DNA of 64,000 bases from Longimicrobiales bacterium (GCA_965219445.1 CBDCNQ010000005.1:480001-544000); one strand, 5' to 3'; shown: positions 1 through 11,560, numbered from the stretch's first letter. The notes: generated by a model from the sequence alone, not told the origin. Numbers and translations are program-made.

Positions 1-208
1 GAGTGGGGCCAGGAAGTTGGATAACATGGTTCGCTCCGCGCAGAACTCGGACTCTCAGCATGAGCTGGCGGAAGTGCCCGCGGCTGTAGGTCTGGCGTGT
101 GGCGCGAGTAACCGCGCCAGCGGCATCGAGCAAGTTGGCCGCGAGGAGAGTGAGCACAATGGGCGCCTCGTTGGCGGCAGAGTATGGGCGCGGCGAACAT
201 TAGGAACA

Positions 209-982
209 ATGACAACAAGCAAGAAGATAATGAGCCCTGAGATGTTTTGGCCCGGTCAGGCTGTAGTGGATCCCATCGCGGCCAACGCAATTCATGTTTG
301 GGCGGCCTCGCTGGACGTGTCCCGAGACCGGCTCCAGCAACTCGCGGCGACGTTGTCTTGTGATGAACACAGTCGCTGCACTCGATTCCGGAATGTCGGA
401 TTATCACGTCGGTGGGTGGCTGCGCGCGGTTTGCTGCGCGAAATGCTGGGCGAGTATTTGAGCGTCGATCCGAAGGACATCCGATTCGCCTACGACGAGC
501 ACGGAAAGCCATCGGTAGCGGAGCCGGCCTGTGGCTCCCCGGTGCAATTCAATCTCTCCCATTCCAATAGCCTAGCCCTTTATGCCTTCTCGGCTGGGGT
601 TCCTGTGGGAGTGGACACTGAAAAGGTGGTCCACTTCGCCAATATGGCCAACATAGCCGACCAGTTCTTTTCGCCCGCCGAGCGCGCCGGGCTTGATACG
701 GTGGCGCCTTCCTGTTACTGGCGAGCGTTCTACTGCTGCTGGACCCGAAAAGAGGCATATCTCAAGGCGTGCGGAGTAGGTTTACTCTTGCCGCTCGATA
801 GCTTCGACGTGTCGGTGGTTCCCGGTGAACGGCCCGCCTTGCTCTGGGTGCAGGGAGAGGCCGATGCACCCGAGCGGTGGTCACTCGTCCACCTTCGACC
901 GGCCCGTAGGTACGTCGGGTCGATCGCCGTGGAGACGCCGACCCCCCAGGTGACGTGCTGGAGCTGGGTGCGATGCGGGTAG
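209..982 (+). CDS. Sfp-type 4'-phosphopantetheinyl transferase
   Basis: Motifs GKP, FNLSHS, VGVDTE and WTRKEAYLKACGVG. The ORF track starts at 17; ATG 209 after AGGA is the more likely start. Confidence 0.9.
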   Translation: MTTSKKIMSPEMFWPGQAVVDPIAANAIHVWAASLDVSRDRLQQLAATLSCDEHSRCTRFRNVGLSRRWVAARGLLREMLGEYLSVDPKDIRFAYDEHGKPSVAEPACGSPVQFNLSHSNSLALYAFSAGVPVGVDTEKVVHFANMANIADQFFSPAERAGLDTVAPSCYWRAFYCCWTRKEAYLKACGVGLLLPLDSFDVSVVPGERPALLWVQGEADAPERWSLVHLRPARRYVGSIAVETPTPQVTCWSWVRCG

Positions 983-1441
983 GGGAATTGGGCCGGAGTG
1001 TGAAGGCGCTGGAGAGCCACGAGGTGGAGGCGCGTCTACGGGGAAGGGAGCCTGCACCGTCATCTGAACGAGATGAAGGCCTTGTTACCCAACATGCCTC
1101 TTGTCTTTCAACCCATCACTCGTCGGTGTTCTAAGGGAATCCTTGAGACCATCATAGTGCCAGTCCGAGCGGGCGTGAATGCGCGTCGAGTGAAGAGTTT
1201 TGTGGCCGTAGTCGATGCCCGGAAGGACGTTCGAGCACCTGAGGTCCGTCCGGGACCAGGCTGCCTAATGGTACATGAACCGGCCACCGTTGACGTGTAG
1301 GGCCTGCCCAGTGCTCAAGGGATCAGGATGACGCCACACGCTCCAGTCGTTATTCTAAGGGGTGCACGGCGACACGAGTCCTGTTCCCGCCAGGGTGGAA
1401 GGAAGGGTGAACAATGAGCGACACTGACATGTTGGGTGCAC

Positions 1442-1757
1442 CGGAGCCTGTCAACGCCAGTGAGACACTCTTGGGAATTAATTAGAGAGCAATCTCCTGT
1501 GTCGTGAGGGAGGGGGTTGGAGGATTGATCCAGACGGCCTCCGGGAGCGGTTTGGGCTTCGGCTCACCGGAGACGAAGCGCTCGGGATGAGCGGCCCAAG
1601 CCTCGCGTAGCACGGCCTCCCTGCCGGCGATGACCTGATCTGCATTCCCGAAGTGGACCTGTTCGGGGGTCAGCATCGAGATACCGCCATGGCGGTGCTC
1701 GGCGTTGTACCAGCGGAAGAACGAGCGACAGAAGGTTTTGGCCTGGCCCTTTAGAGG
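1442..1757 (-). mobile_element. Truncated IS3-family element (3' end of orfB plus right end)
   Basis: Close match to about 13465-13774 (FCRSFFRWYNAEHRHGGISMLTPEQVH...TTQEIAL); GCAC occurs on both sides as a possible target duplication. Confidence 0.85.
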
Positions 1758-2334
1758 GCACTGACTGCGGAGGATCACGCGCGATTCCAGGAACAGGAGC
1801 AGGGGTATCTCGGGCCATTCAAGCTCTACGAGCCGGAGGAGATGCGGACCCGCTGGCAGCGACAGCGCATTGAGCTACTCGATCGGACTTTCGCGGTTTA
1901 CTCGGGGCAGAACCACTCTTCGCCGAAGAGTACCATCATGAACTACGATCGCCATCTCGACTGTGAGCTACTTGCGGACCATGTTTGTCACCCGGGGATT
2001 ATCAGCCGGGTGCAGGGCGCATTAGGTCCGGACATCGTTTGCTGGCGCACTGAGTTCTTTGCCAAGTATCCCGGCGACGAAGGTACGGACTGGCACCAGG
2101 CAGACACGTTTGCGAATGCTTCGGGCAAGCCTCAGATCGTCTGGCCGGAACACCTCAAGAAATTCGGAGGGACCATCACTGTATGGACGGCGTTCACGGA
2201 CTCGAATGAGGAGACGGGTTGCCTCCAATTCGTGCCCGGCACGCATGAGCGGATGTTCTACGACGAGTCGAAGGGCATGCATTACTCGCCGCAGGACATA
2301 AACATGATCGATAAGCGCGGAGTCCGGAGGGGTT

Positions 2335-3712
2335 GAGGTTGGGTCAATAGGTGTGTAAACGTATCAGGCGGCATTCTTCCGCTGTTGGGTTGAGACGGGC
2401 TTTCCGTCTTCGAACTTCCTTCCTTCAAACACGTCCTTGAGGAGGTGAGGAGCGTCGAGCCTTCGGAACCGCTTCTCGGCCACCAAGAGCAACTTCCAGA
2501 TCAGCGCCGTAGCGCTCTCGACCCGCTTGAATCGCTTCGCCGCCGTCGTCCTGAGCCGTAGCGCAGCGAACGGGCTCTCGACCACGTTCGTCGTGCGTAG
2601 ATGCTTCCAGTGATCCTCGGGGAAGTCGTAGAACGCCACCATCCGCTCCCAGTCGTCCTCGAGTACGTCCACCGCCTTCGGATACCACGGCCTGTAGCGC
2701 CTGGCGAACACTTCGCGGGCCTTCACAGCCTCGGCCCGGCTCGGTGCGTAGACCACGGCCCTGAGAAGATCCTTCGCCTCGCTCTGCTCCCGCTGCGGCA
2801 GCCGGTCCAGCACGTTCCTCATCTTGTGGTTCCAGCACCGTTGCTCGCCCGCCTCAGGCCATACCTGCCCGTACTGCGCCCCAGATCGCCGCGTTACCGT
2901 CCGCCATCAGAAGCCGGGGCGCCTCGATGCCGCGTGCCTTCAGATCCCGCAACACCTCGGAGCAGGACTCGACCGACTCTCGGTAGCCCGATCTCAGGGC
3001 CAACACCTCCTTCGTCCCGTCTCGCATCGCGCCCAGCACCACCAGCAGCGCCGCCTTGTCCCGCTCGAGCCCTGCCTTCACGTAGATCCCGTCCGCCCAT
3101 ACGTAGACGACCTCACGGCCCTCCAGGCGACGCTGGCTCCATTCCTCGAACTCCGCCGTCCATCCCGCCCGCAGTCTCCGAATCGAAGACTTCGACAGCG
3201 GTGCCCCCTCGCCTAGCAGTCCCCGCATCGCCAGCTCGAAGTCTCCCTCTGCCAGTCCGTGCAGATACAGCTCCGGAAGCAGAGCGCCCAGCTCCTTCGT
3301 CCGCCTCGCGAACAACGGCAGCACCCGACTCTCGAACCGCTCCTCGACGCCCCGAACCCGAGGGCGTCGGAGTGTGATCGTGCCCGAGCTCATCGCCAAC
3401 CGCCTCGGCTTGCCATATCCGTTGCGGTAGCCCTCGGCCGAGTCCACCGTACTCCTGCGCTCTGACCTCTCCCGGCCTAACAACTCCGTGACTTCCTCCT
3501 CCATGATCTGTTGGATGAACTCCTGCGCCTTCTCCCTAACCATCCCCTCGAGCGTCTCCCACATCAGCCTGCTGGACGCACCCTGGGGTCCCGCGATATC
3601 CTCTCTCATGAGGCGACGTTCCTTTCCCCGGGCTGTCACCCGGGCTCGCTGGTTTAAATCTCAGCGCAAAGGTACGTCGCCTCTCTTTTTACACACCCTC
3701 TGATCCTAGCTC
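2335..3712 (-). mobile_element. IS256-family element, copy 1 (transposase split into 2854-3639 and 2364-2822)
   Basis: Motifs YRNG, VYVWADG, QRCWNHK and LRTTNVVES. Imperfect terminal IRs GAGGTTGGGTCAATAGGTGTGTAAA / GAGCTAGGATCAGAGGGTGTGTAAA; 8-bp target duplication GAGGGGTT at 2327-2334 and 3713-3720. Confidence 0.95.
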
Positions 3713-4082
3713 GAGGGGTTTTTTGGATATGACTACCGTGAGTTGCAGTTGGATCCTGAGTGGATGCCTGATGAATCGCTGGCTGTATCAATCGTGATGC
3801 GCCCGGGGGAAGCGGTGATGTTCTGGTCCACACTGATGCATGCGTCGCATCCTCATGCAGGGAAGACACGAATGATGCGTCTCGGATTCGCAGCGCGGTA
3901 CGTCCCGCCATGCGTAGCAGTCTATCCGGACACGATGTTCCTAGAGGAGTTCGGTGACAGGGTCAATCTCGAAAAGTACGGCGTCGTACTGGTGAGTGGT
4001 CGCGACGACTATCACCACAATCGTTCGGTGACTGCGACGACACGGGGATACAATTTCAAGGCCTGCTAGAGTTCGGGTCCCC

Positions 4083-4700
4083 ATGCCATGGCTCACTCGG
4101 GTCGGGTCGGGTTTCGGACGCAGAGTCGCGGGACGAACATCAACTTCCCTTGGCCTTCGCTCCCGGACACATCCCTCGTACGCTGTTCCCGGGGAGATTC
4201 CCTGCGAAGATGACGGATCATGCCTGCCCTAGAGCCCCAGCCCCACGCTCGCGCGGCGCCGCTCTGACAACATGTTGTCCCTGAGTGCCGTTTCGTCATG
4301 GAGCTTCGACGAACTTCACACGGGGCGTCCAGAGATCGCCCATCCGGTTCTGACCCCTAGGATGAGATTCAATATCTCTCACACGGCCAGGCATGTAGCC
4401 TGCGTCGTTACCACCGAAATCGATTGCGGGATCGACGTGCAAGCCAAAGGCCAGGTCTCCGACATACACGCTTTAGCTGGCACAGTGCTGCGTAGCATCG
4501 AGTTTGACGATTTCGTAAAGCTACCGGCCGCGCCACCGGCTGGACCGATTCACGGTACTTTGGACTCTCAAGGAGGCCTACTCAAAGGCTCGCGGCCTCG
4601 GTATTGCGGATCCCCTTCGATAAGCTGACATTCTCGGGGGATCCGTGTCGGTTGAGTATACAGCCGGGGTCGATCAAGTCCTTCGCAGATGATTGGCAGT
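4083..4700 (+). pseudogene. Frameshifted Sfp-type PPTase remnant (copy 1)
   Basis: GRPEI, RFNISHT and CGIDVQ in one frame; WTLKEAYSKARGLG in another frame. Ends approximate. Confidence 0.75.
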
Positions 4701-4849
4701 TCACCAATGGTCACAGCGAGACGGTCTCTGGTTAGCCGTTGCTATCCGGTGTCAATGGCCATCGAAAATGTGACACTTTCGGAACGCGCCGCGGAGGGAG
4801 CGGAGCGACCGGAGCGGGGCGTTCCGAGAAAGGATCTGGTCGGCGCGCA

Positions 4850-5669
4850 TCACCGGGTCCCGCCGTGTTCCGAGCGCTCCGCCGAGACGGCCCGGGAGGC
4901 GGTCGGGTGGATGGCCTTGGAGAGCTCGGCATGGCGGCGCATCCGGTAGCTGTTGCCCCGGATGTTGACCATGTGGCAGCGGTGCAGTAGGCGGTCCAGC
5001 AGCGCGGCGGCCATGACCTCGTCGTGCAGGATCTCTCCCCATTGCTCGAAGCCCTTGTTCGAGGTCAGCACCGTCGAGGCGTGCTCGTAGCGCCGGTTAA
5101 CGAGCTGGAAGAACAGGATGGCGCCGCTGCGGGTGAGGGGGAGGTAACCGATCTCGTCCACGGCTAGGAGCGCGGAGTGGGTGAGGGTCTTGAGTCGGTG
5201 GTTGAGCCGGCCGGCGGCCTGGGCCTCTTCGAGCGAGTCGATGAGATCGGTGAGCGTTCCGTAGTAGACCCTGCGCCCGCTCTCGGCCGCGGCGATGGCC
5301 AGACTGATCGCCAGGTGTGTCTTGCCGACGCCGGGCGGGCCGAGGAACACGACGTTCTCCTTGCGCTCCAGGAAGCCGAGCTCGTGAAGCGAGTCGATCT
5401 GCTCCCGCTTGACCGAGGGTTGGAAGCTGAAGTCGAAGTCCGTGAGCGTCTTGATCGCCGGAAGACGGCTCGATCGCATGGCGGTGGCGAGGCGCCGGCT
5501 GTTGCGCAGCGTGATCTGGGCGGCCAGGAGCCGCTCGATGGCCTCTGCCGCGGTGGTTCCGCCGCCATCCACTCCGGCGAGGAACCTCGTCGAGGGCTTC
5601 CAGGGCGCCCGGCATCTTCAGATCGGCTAGTTGGGCCGCAATGCGCGTGCTCCGGGACCGGGCCTTCAC
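4850..5669 (-). pseudogene. istB: IS21 helper ATPase IstB with a frameshift near 5585
   Basis: Walker A GPPGVGKT, DEIGYLP and LLDRLLH. The N-terminus (GTG 5669, KARSRSTRIAAQLADLKMPGALEAL) is in a different frame. Confidence 0.85.
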
Positions 5670-6703
5670 GAGATCTGTCCCGTGATCTCGGCGTACTCGG
5701 ACAGCGGCCGGCCTTCGACCTCCACAACCTGGAGTGCCGAGGGTGGCCGGGTCCGGGTCGTCCGGGGCTCGGGCCGCGGCACCACGGGACGGTAAGGCCA
5801 AGGGGCCGGGGGACTCAGGCAGAGCCGCTCCCACTCGAACCGGTCCGCCACACGCTCCTTCAGCGTGCCGTGGATCCGAACGTTGGCCACGCCGTCGAGC
5901 CACAGGAGGGCCCGTGCGTTGAGATCATCATCCGAGGCGAAGTCGCGACCGTAGAAGAAGTTCCTCCGGATGTAGCTCACCGGCCGTTCCACCTTCCCCT
6001 TCGTCTGGGCCCGGTACGGGCGGCATGCCCGGATCCGGAATCTCCAGTGGTGGCTGAAGCGCAGGAACTCCGAGTTCTCGATCAGCCGTCCACCCTCGTG
6101 GCGCCTGTCGTCGGTGATGACGGCCTTCATCTGGTCGAACAGAAGCTCCGACGGCACGCCGCCGAAATAGGCGAACGACCTCTCCAGCCCCCGGATCACG
6201 ACCGGCATCGTCTGGCGCTCATAGAACCTGAGCCACATCAGCCGCGAGTAGCCCAGCACCACGATCAGCGTGTGCCGCTTGCCCCATGGCAACCGGAAGT
6301 CCGCGAAGTCCACCTGGCCCTGGTGGCCCGGAGGGGTCTCGAACCTCCGGACCGGCTCCACCGGCTCTTGCGGCCGAACCCCGCGCACGTAGCGCTTCAC
6401 CTGGCCGTAGCCGCCCCGATAGCCCGCCGCCTGCACCTCGTTGAACAACCGTACGGCGCTCAGCCTCGGATAGTCCGCCAGCCGGGTGTCGATGATCCCC
6501 TTGTAGGGATCGAGCTTCGACGGCGCCGGAGCTCTCGGCCGGGATCTCACCGCCTCGTCGTCCAGATCCCGGTCCAACTGCCCCGTCGCAATCCAACGAT
6601 ATATCGTCTCGCGGCTCACTCCCACGTGCCGAGCGATCGCCGCCTTCGGCACACCCTGCTCGAGGTAGTGTCGCAGAAGCACCCGCTTCTCTCTCCCGAT
6701 CAT
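5666..6703 (-). CDS. istA: IS21 transposase IstA
   Basis: N-terminal HTH, RFETPPGHQGQVDF, LLFDQMK and YRAQTKGKVER. Confidence 0.93.
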   Translation of the reverse strand: MIGREKRVLLRHYLEQGVPKAAIARHVGVSRETIYRWIATGQLDRDLDDEAVRSRPRAPAPSKLDPYKGIIDTRLADYPRLSAVRLFNEVQAAGYRGGYGQVKRYVRGVRPQEPVEPVRRFETPPGHQGQVDFADFRLPWGKRHTLIVVLGYSRLMWLRFYERQTMPVVIRGLERSFAYFGGVPSELLFDQMKAVITDDRRHEGGRLIENSEFLRFSHHWRFRIRACRPYRAQTKGKVERPVSYIRRNFFYGRDFASDDDLNARALLWLDGVANVRIHGTLKERVADRFEWERLCLSPPAPWPYRPVVPRPEPRTTRTRPPSALQVVEVEGRPLSEYAEITGQIS

Positions 6704-7431
6704 CGCGCCTCCTATGCTCAATGGAGACGCTAGAGTAAAGAATGGTCCGGCAAACCTCACCAGCCCCCCGGGTCCACCGCCCCAGCCGATCCTCGCTCAC
6801 CCGCCCAAGGTGTACCATTTTAGATGGCCACATCTGTCCAATTTTGCACGGCCGGTAACATCCGGATCTGTACAGATCCTAAAGTCGAAATAATCCGCCA
6901 ACATTTCCGCGTGTGCTCCGAATGGTCGGCGCCCCGCTATATGAAGCCGTGGTCAAAGAACTGCCGGGGAGAAGGGATGCAAGCAGCATCCTTCGCGCCG
7001 GAGGACGTCTTCAGAGTCGCTTTCGGAGATTAGAACACCGGCATTAACAAGGGGCTGGGGTCGAACCTCCTCACCAAAGTTGGTCTGGGAGCCAATGTTG
7101 ACAATTGATAGCAACCCCCCCCATCACCACGTACTATTGTCGGCGCTCGCGGCTAGAAGTCCCAGGTTCGTCCTCGGTCGGCTCGGTCGGTAGTCGGTCC
7201 CCCGAGCCGGGCACCGACGCGCAGCGTTGGTCAGAAGGCGGGCCCTAAGCTGTCCGAAAATTCTAGTGAGCCTCCGAGATACCGCCGGAGCCCTCGGAGA
7301 GTCCTTCGAGGCTGACGCTTATGGCGCGGAGCCTCGGCGGAGTGTTGGGAAAGTTGTTGGACACGCCGCGGAGCAGCTGTGTCTCACCGGCCAACGCCCG
7401 ACGTAGCCGCCGAGGCACCATTTCAGCTGTG

Positions 7432-9873
7432 TTACGAATCCCTCAGGGATGCACTAGGATCACACGCTGCCGCACGGATCGCTGGGAAGTAACTGGCAGA
7501 CAGCACAACGACGAAGAGCAGAACCGACACGCCGCCGAGAACGGTGGGATCAGTCGGTGTGACGCCGAAGAGCTCACTACTGATCACACGGACCATGCCT
7601 AGCCCGGCTAGAAGACCGATCACTGTGCCACTGATACCCAAACCGGCGGCACCTCGGAGCACCAGACTCAGCACAGACAGTGGGGACGCTCCCAGGGCCA
7701 TTCGAATTCCGAACTCGCGGTATCGTTCGCGCACGAGGAAAGATGTGACAGCATATACACCCGCCCCCGCAATCACGACGGCAAGTAAAGCGAAAGCAGC
7801 GAGAATACCGATCACCTGTCTTCGTCGGGTCCGCCAGCCGGAAAGGTCGTCGGAAACCGTGGCAGGTCTCGCCACTGGCATGCTGGGATCAATGGCTTGC
7901 ACGGATTGACGGATCGCTCCGACGAGTTCTGAAGGCATGTCCCGCGCCCGAACTACGATCGTGATGTTACCCCAAACCTCCGTGTTGAGAGGGACATAGA
8001 CTTCGGGGACCGGCTCCTGTTCTGGGCCATTCGCCCGGACGTTCCCGACGACAGCTACAATTTCTCCCGTAATAGCCTCGCCTCGGTTCGCGCGGTCCGG
8101 CGACTGCCGGAACACCGTGATTTGTTTCCTCAGAGCCAACTCATTAGGCCATAGAGTCCGGGCTAATCTTTCGTTGACCATGAGTGACACCGTGCCCTGA
8201 GTGAGAATCTGCTCGACTCTTTGACTTCCCACCAGAATCGTGAGGCCGGCCGCATCCACATATGTCGGCGAGACCACTCGATAACCGGCCACGACCTCCT
8301 CTTCAGGCAACTCGACCCGCCCCGATACAACAACTCGAGTCGCGATTCGACCACCGACGGAGGGCATGTGGTTAATAAGGCCCACGGATTCAACCCCTGG
8401 GATCGCCGATATCGTCTCTTCCAGTTGGCGATATAATGCCAGCGCAGCTTCGGGATCATCGTATCGCGGGGACGGCGGAAAGATTCTGACGGTCGCGAGC
8501 CTGTCCGCGTCGAAACCCATATCGACGGAACGTACCTCCATCAGGCTCCGAAGGAGCAGACCTGACCCATGCAGAAGAGTGAGTGCAAGCGCGACTTCTA
8601 TAACAACAAGGCCCGACCGAACGTGGCGCGATACTGCTCCCCGTTCACCGACCGTGCCAGATCGGAGGGCCACAGCCGTGCCGCGCCGCGAAGTAATGAG
8701 GGCCGGTACCGCCCCGGCCAACAGCATTCCGACAGCAGAAACAAGGGCCCCGAGCATGACCATCCGGGCATCGACGGACAGTTCCTCGAGGCGCGGGAGG
8801 TTCGCTCCTCCCCAGACCCGGAAGAGATTTACGCTCCATACCGCAAACGCAAATCCGAGTCCACCGGCCACAGCCGCCAGCAGGACCATCTCAACGGTGA
8901 GTTGCTGGGCGATCCGACCCCGGGTGGCGCCGAGAGCGGACCGAACCGCAAGCTGTGGGCTCCGGGCAATACCCCTGGCTAACGTCAGGTTGGCTACGTT
9001 CGCGCAGGCGAGGAGCAGCACTAGGATCACGGCCACGGTCAGTAAGCCGAGTTGTCGCCCGCTATCCCCCAAGACCAGATCTCGTAACGGTCGAAGGCTG
9101 GCACCTATCTCAGCATTTGTATCCGGGTACTCCTGAGCAAGACGTTGGGCGACCCCTCTGAGCTCCTCCTCTGCCGCCTCTGGGGTTGACGTCCCGGCGA
9201 CCCGGGCGAGTACAGCACCATCGACCCTCAACGCCCGGTCGTCGAGGCCTGCCTGCACCGAAATAATCGATCGTAGCGGAAGCCATACCTCCGCCCAGGA
9301 AGGAAACTCTACACCCTGTGGCATCACCCCCAACACCACACTCTCCAGACCGTCAAGATTAAGTGTCCGACCGATCACATCAGGATCACCACCGAAACGT
9401 CCCCTCCAAAGGCCGTAGCTCAGGACTAACACCGGCCGACCGATTTCTTCCTCTTCAGGCGTGAACGATCTGCCCCGGACGGGACGTGTCTGTAGTACGT
9501 CAAAGAACCCGGGGGAAACCGCAGCACCCAGAACTTGCTCGCCTCCGAGGTCGGTCGCGAGCGTGAGTGGAAGACCCCTCACGAACGTAAGTTCCGACGA
9601 AGTCACTTCCCGGCGAAGATCCGCAAAATCGGGGTAGGACGGAGTTAGGATGCCCCCAGAAGGGCGAGTGGAGTACACGGAGTGGAGTTGGTCAGCCTCG
9701 GGGTAAGCGAGTGGTCGGAGCAGTACGACATCGACCACGGAAAAGACCGCCGTACTTGCGCCTAAGCCAAGTGTGAGTGTCCCGCACGCCGCCGCCGTGT
9801 AACCCTTGCTCCTCCACAATGACCTTGTCGCGTAAAGAACGTCTTGAACCAGCCTCTCAAGCCACGTGTTCAC
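7432..9873 (-). CDS. ADOP-type duplicated MacB/FtsX ABC permease
   Basis: QDVLYATRSL start, LLLACANVANL, RSALGA and REFGIRMALGA; two FtsX halves. Start chosen at GTG 9873. Confidence 0.92.
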   Translation of the reverse strand: MNTWLERLVQDVLYATRSLWRSKGYTAAACGTLTLGLGASTAVFSVVDVVLLRPLAYPEADQLHSVYSTRPSGGILTPSYPDFADLRREVTSSELTFVRGLPLTLATDLGGEQVLGAAVSPGFFDVLQTRPVRGRSFTPEEEEIGRPVLVLSYGLWRGRFGGDPDVIGRTLNLDGLESVVLGVMPQGVEFPSWAEVWLPLRSIISVQAGLDDRALRVDGAVLARVAGTSTPEAAEEELRGVAQRLAQEYPDTNAEIGASLRPLRDLVLGDSGRQLGLLTVAVILVLLLACANVANLTLARGIARSPQLAVRSALGATRGRIAQQLTVEMVLLAAVAGGLGFAFAVWSVNLFRVWGGANLPRLEELSVDARMVMLGALVSAVGMLLAGAVPALITSRRGTAVALRSGTVGERGAVSRHVRSGLVVIEVALALTLLHGSGLLLRSLMEVRSVDMGFDADRLATVRIFPPSPRYDDPEAALALYRQLEETISAIPGVESVGLINHMPSVGGRIATRVVVSGRVELPEEEVVAGYRVVSPTYVDAAGLTILVGSQRVEQILTQGTVSLMVNERLARTLWPNELALRKQITVFRQSPDRANRGEAITGEIVAVVGNVRANGPEQEPVPEVYVPLNTEVWGNITIVVRARDMPSELVGAIRQSVQAIDPSMPVARPATVSDDLSGWRTRRRQVIGILAAFALLAVVIAGAGVYAVTSFLVRERYREFGIRMALGASPLSVLSLVLRGAAGLGISGTVIGLLAGLGMVRVISSELFGVTPTDPTVLGGVSVLLFVVVLSASYFPAIRAAACDPSASLRDS

Positions 9874-9909
9874 GGTCCGCTGCTCTCCTGTCAAAAAATT
9901 TTGCTGGCC

Positions 9910-10930
9910 CACCGCATTGAGTCATCACGATGCGCTTGGCCCCTAATCCAAGCAGTGCACCGGGACTCGCGATGCTCTCCGCCTCGATGTCGGGCCTCTC
10001 CGCCAACCCCGCAAGGAGTGATTCGTACAGCCGGGCACGCGACGGCCTCTGTGTGGACGCCGCCACCTCAACCGGAATGGCGACGGAATCTTCTCCCAAA
10101 GGGTCCACCCGAGCACGGTCCGGACTCGAGCCGACGAGCCCCCGATCAACACGAGTACCGAAACGGCGACGGCCACCTGGCAGACCACCGCCGCGTCCCG
10201 CCCGAACGACTCACCTCGATCCGGTAGCCCGGAACTCTGCCGAGAAAGGAAAGTAAATAGCCGCCTGTGCCTCCAGATTGCGAGCCCCGGAAGTACCGTT
10301 ATGGCGATTACGACCCCCCTGGGCCGCCACCACTGCGCCGAACGTCAACGCCCGGTCGAGCAAAGACCATCCGAGCACCTGGTCCGGCCAGGTCCATCGA
10401 ATGGCAACGCCCAATGAGAGCACCACGCCAAGCGCCACCGCACCGGCTCTACGCCCTCGGACCTCGACATGCCGCACGAACTCGAACGCAAGACGCCATC
10501 GATCGACTCCAAGAGCAGGCTGGATGGCCACAGACCGCGTCGCCGCTATACGCTCCTCCGCCATCAGCAGGACCCCACAGACCAGGGCGGCGCCGGCAAG
10601 CAGAAGAAGGGCTGCGGTTAGGACGCCCAGCAATCCAGTAAACGCTAACTCCTGAGCGGCGGAGGCAGGAACAAGGGCCGCTGCCCACTCGCCCGTCCAG
10701 TCCGGATCCGCCACCGGAGGCACCGTCATGAGGGACCCCCGGCCCAGACCGAGCACCATCCCCGCGATGGCGCAGAATCCGGCGGCCAGTCCTACGAAGG
10801 CAGAGACAAGGTGCCCTAGCCGACTCACCGCAGAGTCGAAACGCACCGCTATGAGGTGCTGCACCCTCACTCCCCTGATTCTCGCAGGGAGCTCGATCTT
10901 CCCCGGGCTCGGCCGACGCGCGGTCTCCAT
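9910..10930 (-). pseudogene. Frameshifted, truncated FtsX-like permease; paralog of 60207-62057
   Basis: Long near-identical nucleotide stretches shared with about 61083-61985, spread over several frames. Confidence 0.85.
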
Positions 10931-11219
10931 GCCTCCAGTTGCGCATGGGCCACTGCCGCGAACCGAAGGACCGAAGGACCGATTCTTGGCGCGTAGATTT
11001 TTCCCTCTGCCGTTGCTGGGGGAGAACGGCTGGGCTGAGCGTGAACCAATACCTGAGAGTGATCCTACGGTCTTTGGCGGCTCAGGCGCAAGCTGCCCTT
11101 CCCTGGGGGCGGTCGCGCCACCAGCGTGTCGCCCTGCAGAAAAAGAACCAGGACAAGCTTTGTTGCAACCCACGAATCTTGATCCAGGGTGACCAACGCA
11201 AAGACGAGATAGCCTGAGA

Positions 11220-11560
11220 GCCCCAGAGACCGACGAAGGGCGGGGAATAGAAGCCGGATGAGGAAGTCGAGATTCTGTGAAGAACTGATCGCGATGGCGC
11301 TGCGCGAAGGCCGGCACGCCTGTGGTGGAAGATCATATGCAAGCTTGGGATCAGCGAGCAGACGCACTACTGGCGGAAGAGGAAGTAGAACGGCTTGGGG
11401 GGTGTCGGAACTCCGGGAGCTCAAAGCGATCCGGGAAGAGAACCGTCGGCTGAAGACGCTAATGGCGGATTCTGTCCTTGGACAAGACAGTCCAGCAAAA
11501 GGCGCTCATGAGAAAATGGTGGGGCTCGACGCACCGAAGAGGGGGGGGGTGACGTGAGCA
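11220..11560 (+). mobile_element. Decayed IS3-family orfA remnant
   Basis: MRKSRFCEELIAMALR...KLGISEQT...ELRELKAIREENRRLKTLMAD. Boundaries approximate. Confidence 0.75.

Larger units (their letters stand above)
1414..4069 (+). pseudogene. Disrupted duplicate of the SyrB2-type halogenase
   Basis: Pieces 1414-1441, 1758-2334 and 3713-4069 are nearly identical to the reverse complement of 49675-50619; interrupted by an IS3 fragment and IS256. Confidence 0.93.
4750..6860 (-). mobile_element. IS21-family element
   Basis: TGT...ACA ends; 5-bp duplication TCCGG at 4745-4749 and 6861-6865; the empty site is visible in the other copy near 48995-49005. Confidence 0.93.

Noticed and set aside
983..1258. 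Short ORF 1073-1300 and the sequence after the PPTase
   Set aside because: No recognisable family; it overlaps the duplication junction.
5177..6733. 518-aa plus-strand ORF
   Set aside because: Antisense to istA/istB in GC-rich DNA, with no recognisable motifs.
6900..7430. Intergenic region with a TTGACA box and several GC-rich hairpins
   Set aside because: No properly spaced -10 box, no downstream sense gene and no recognisable RNA family.
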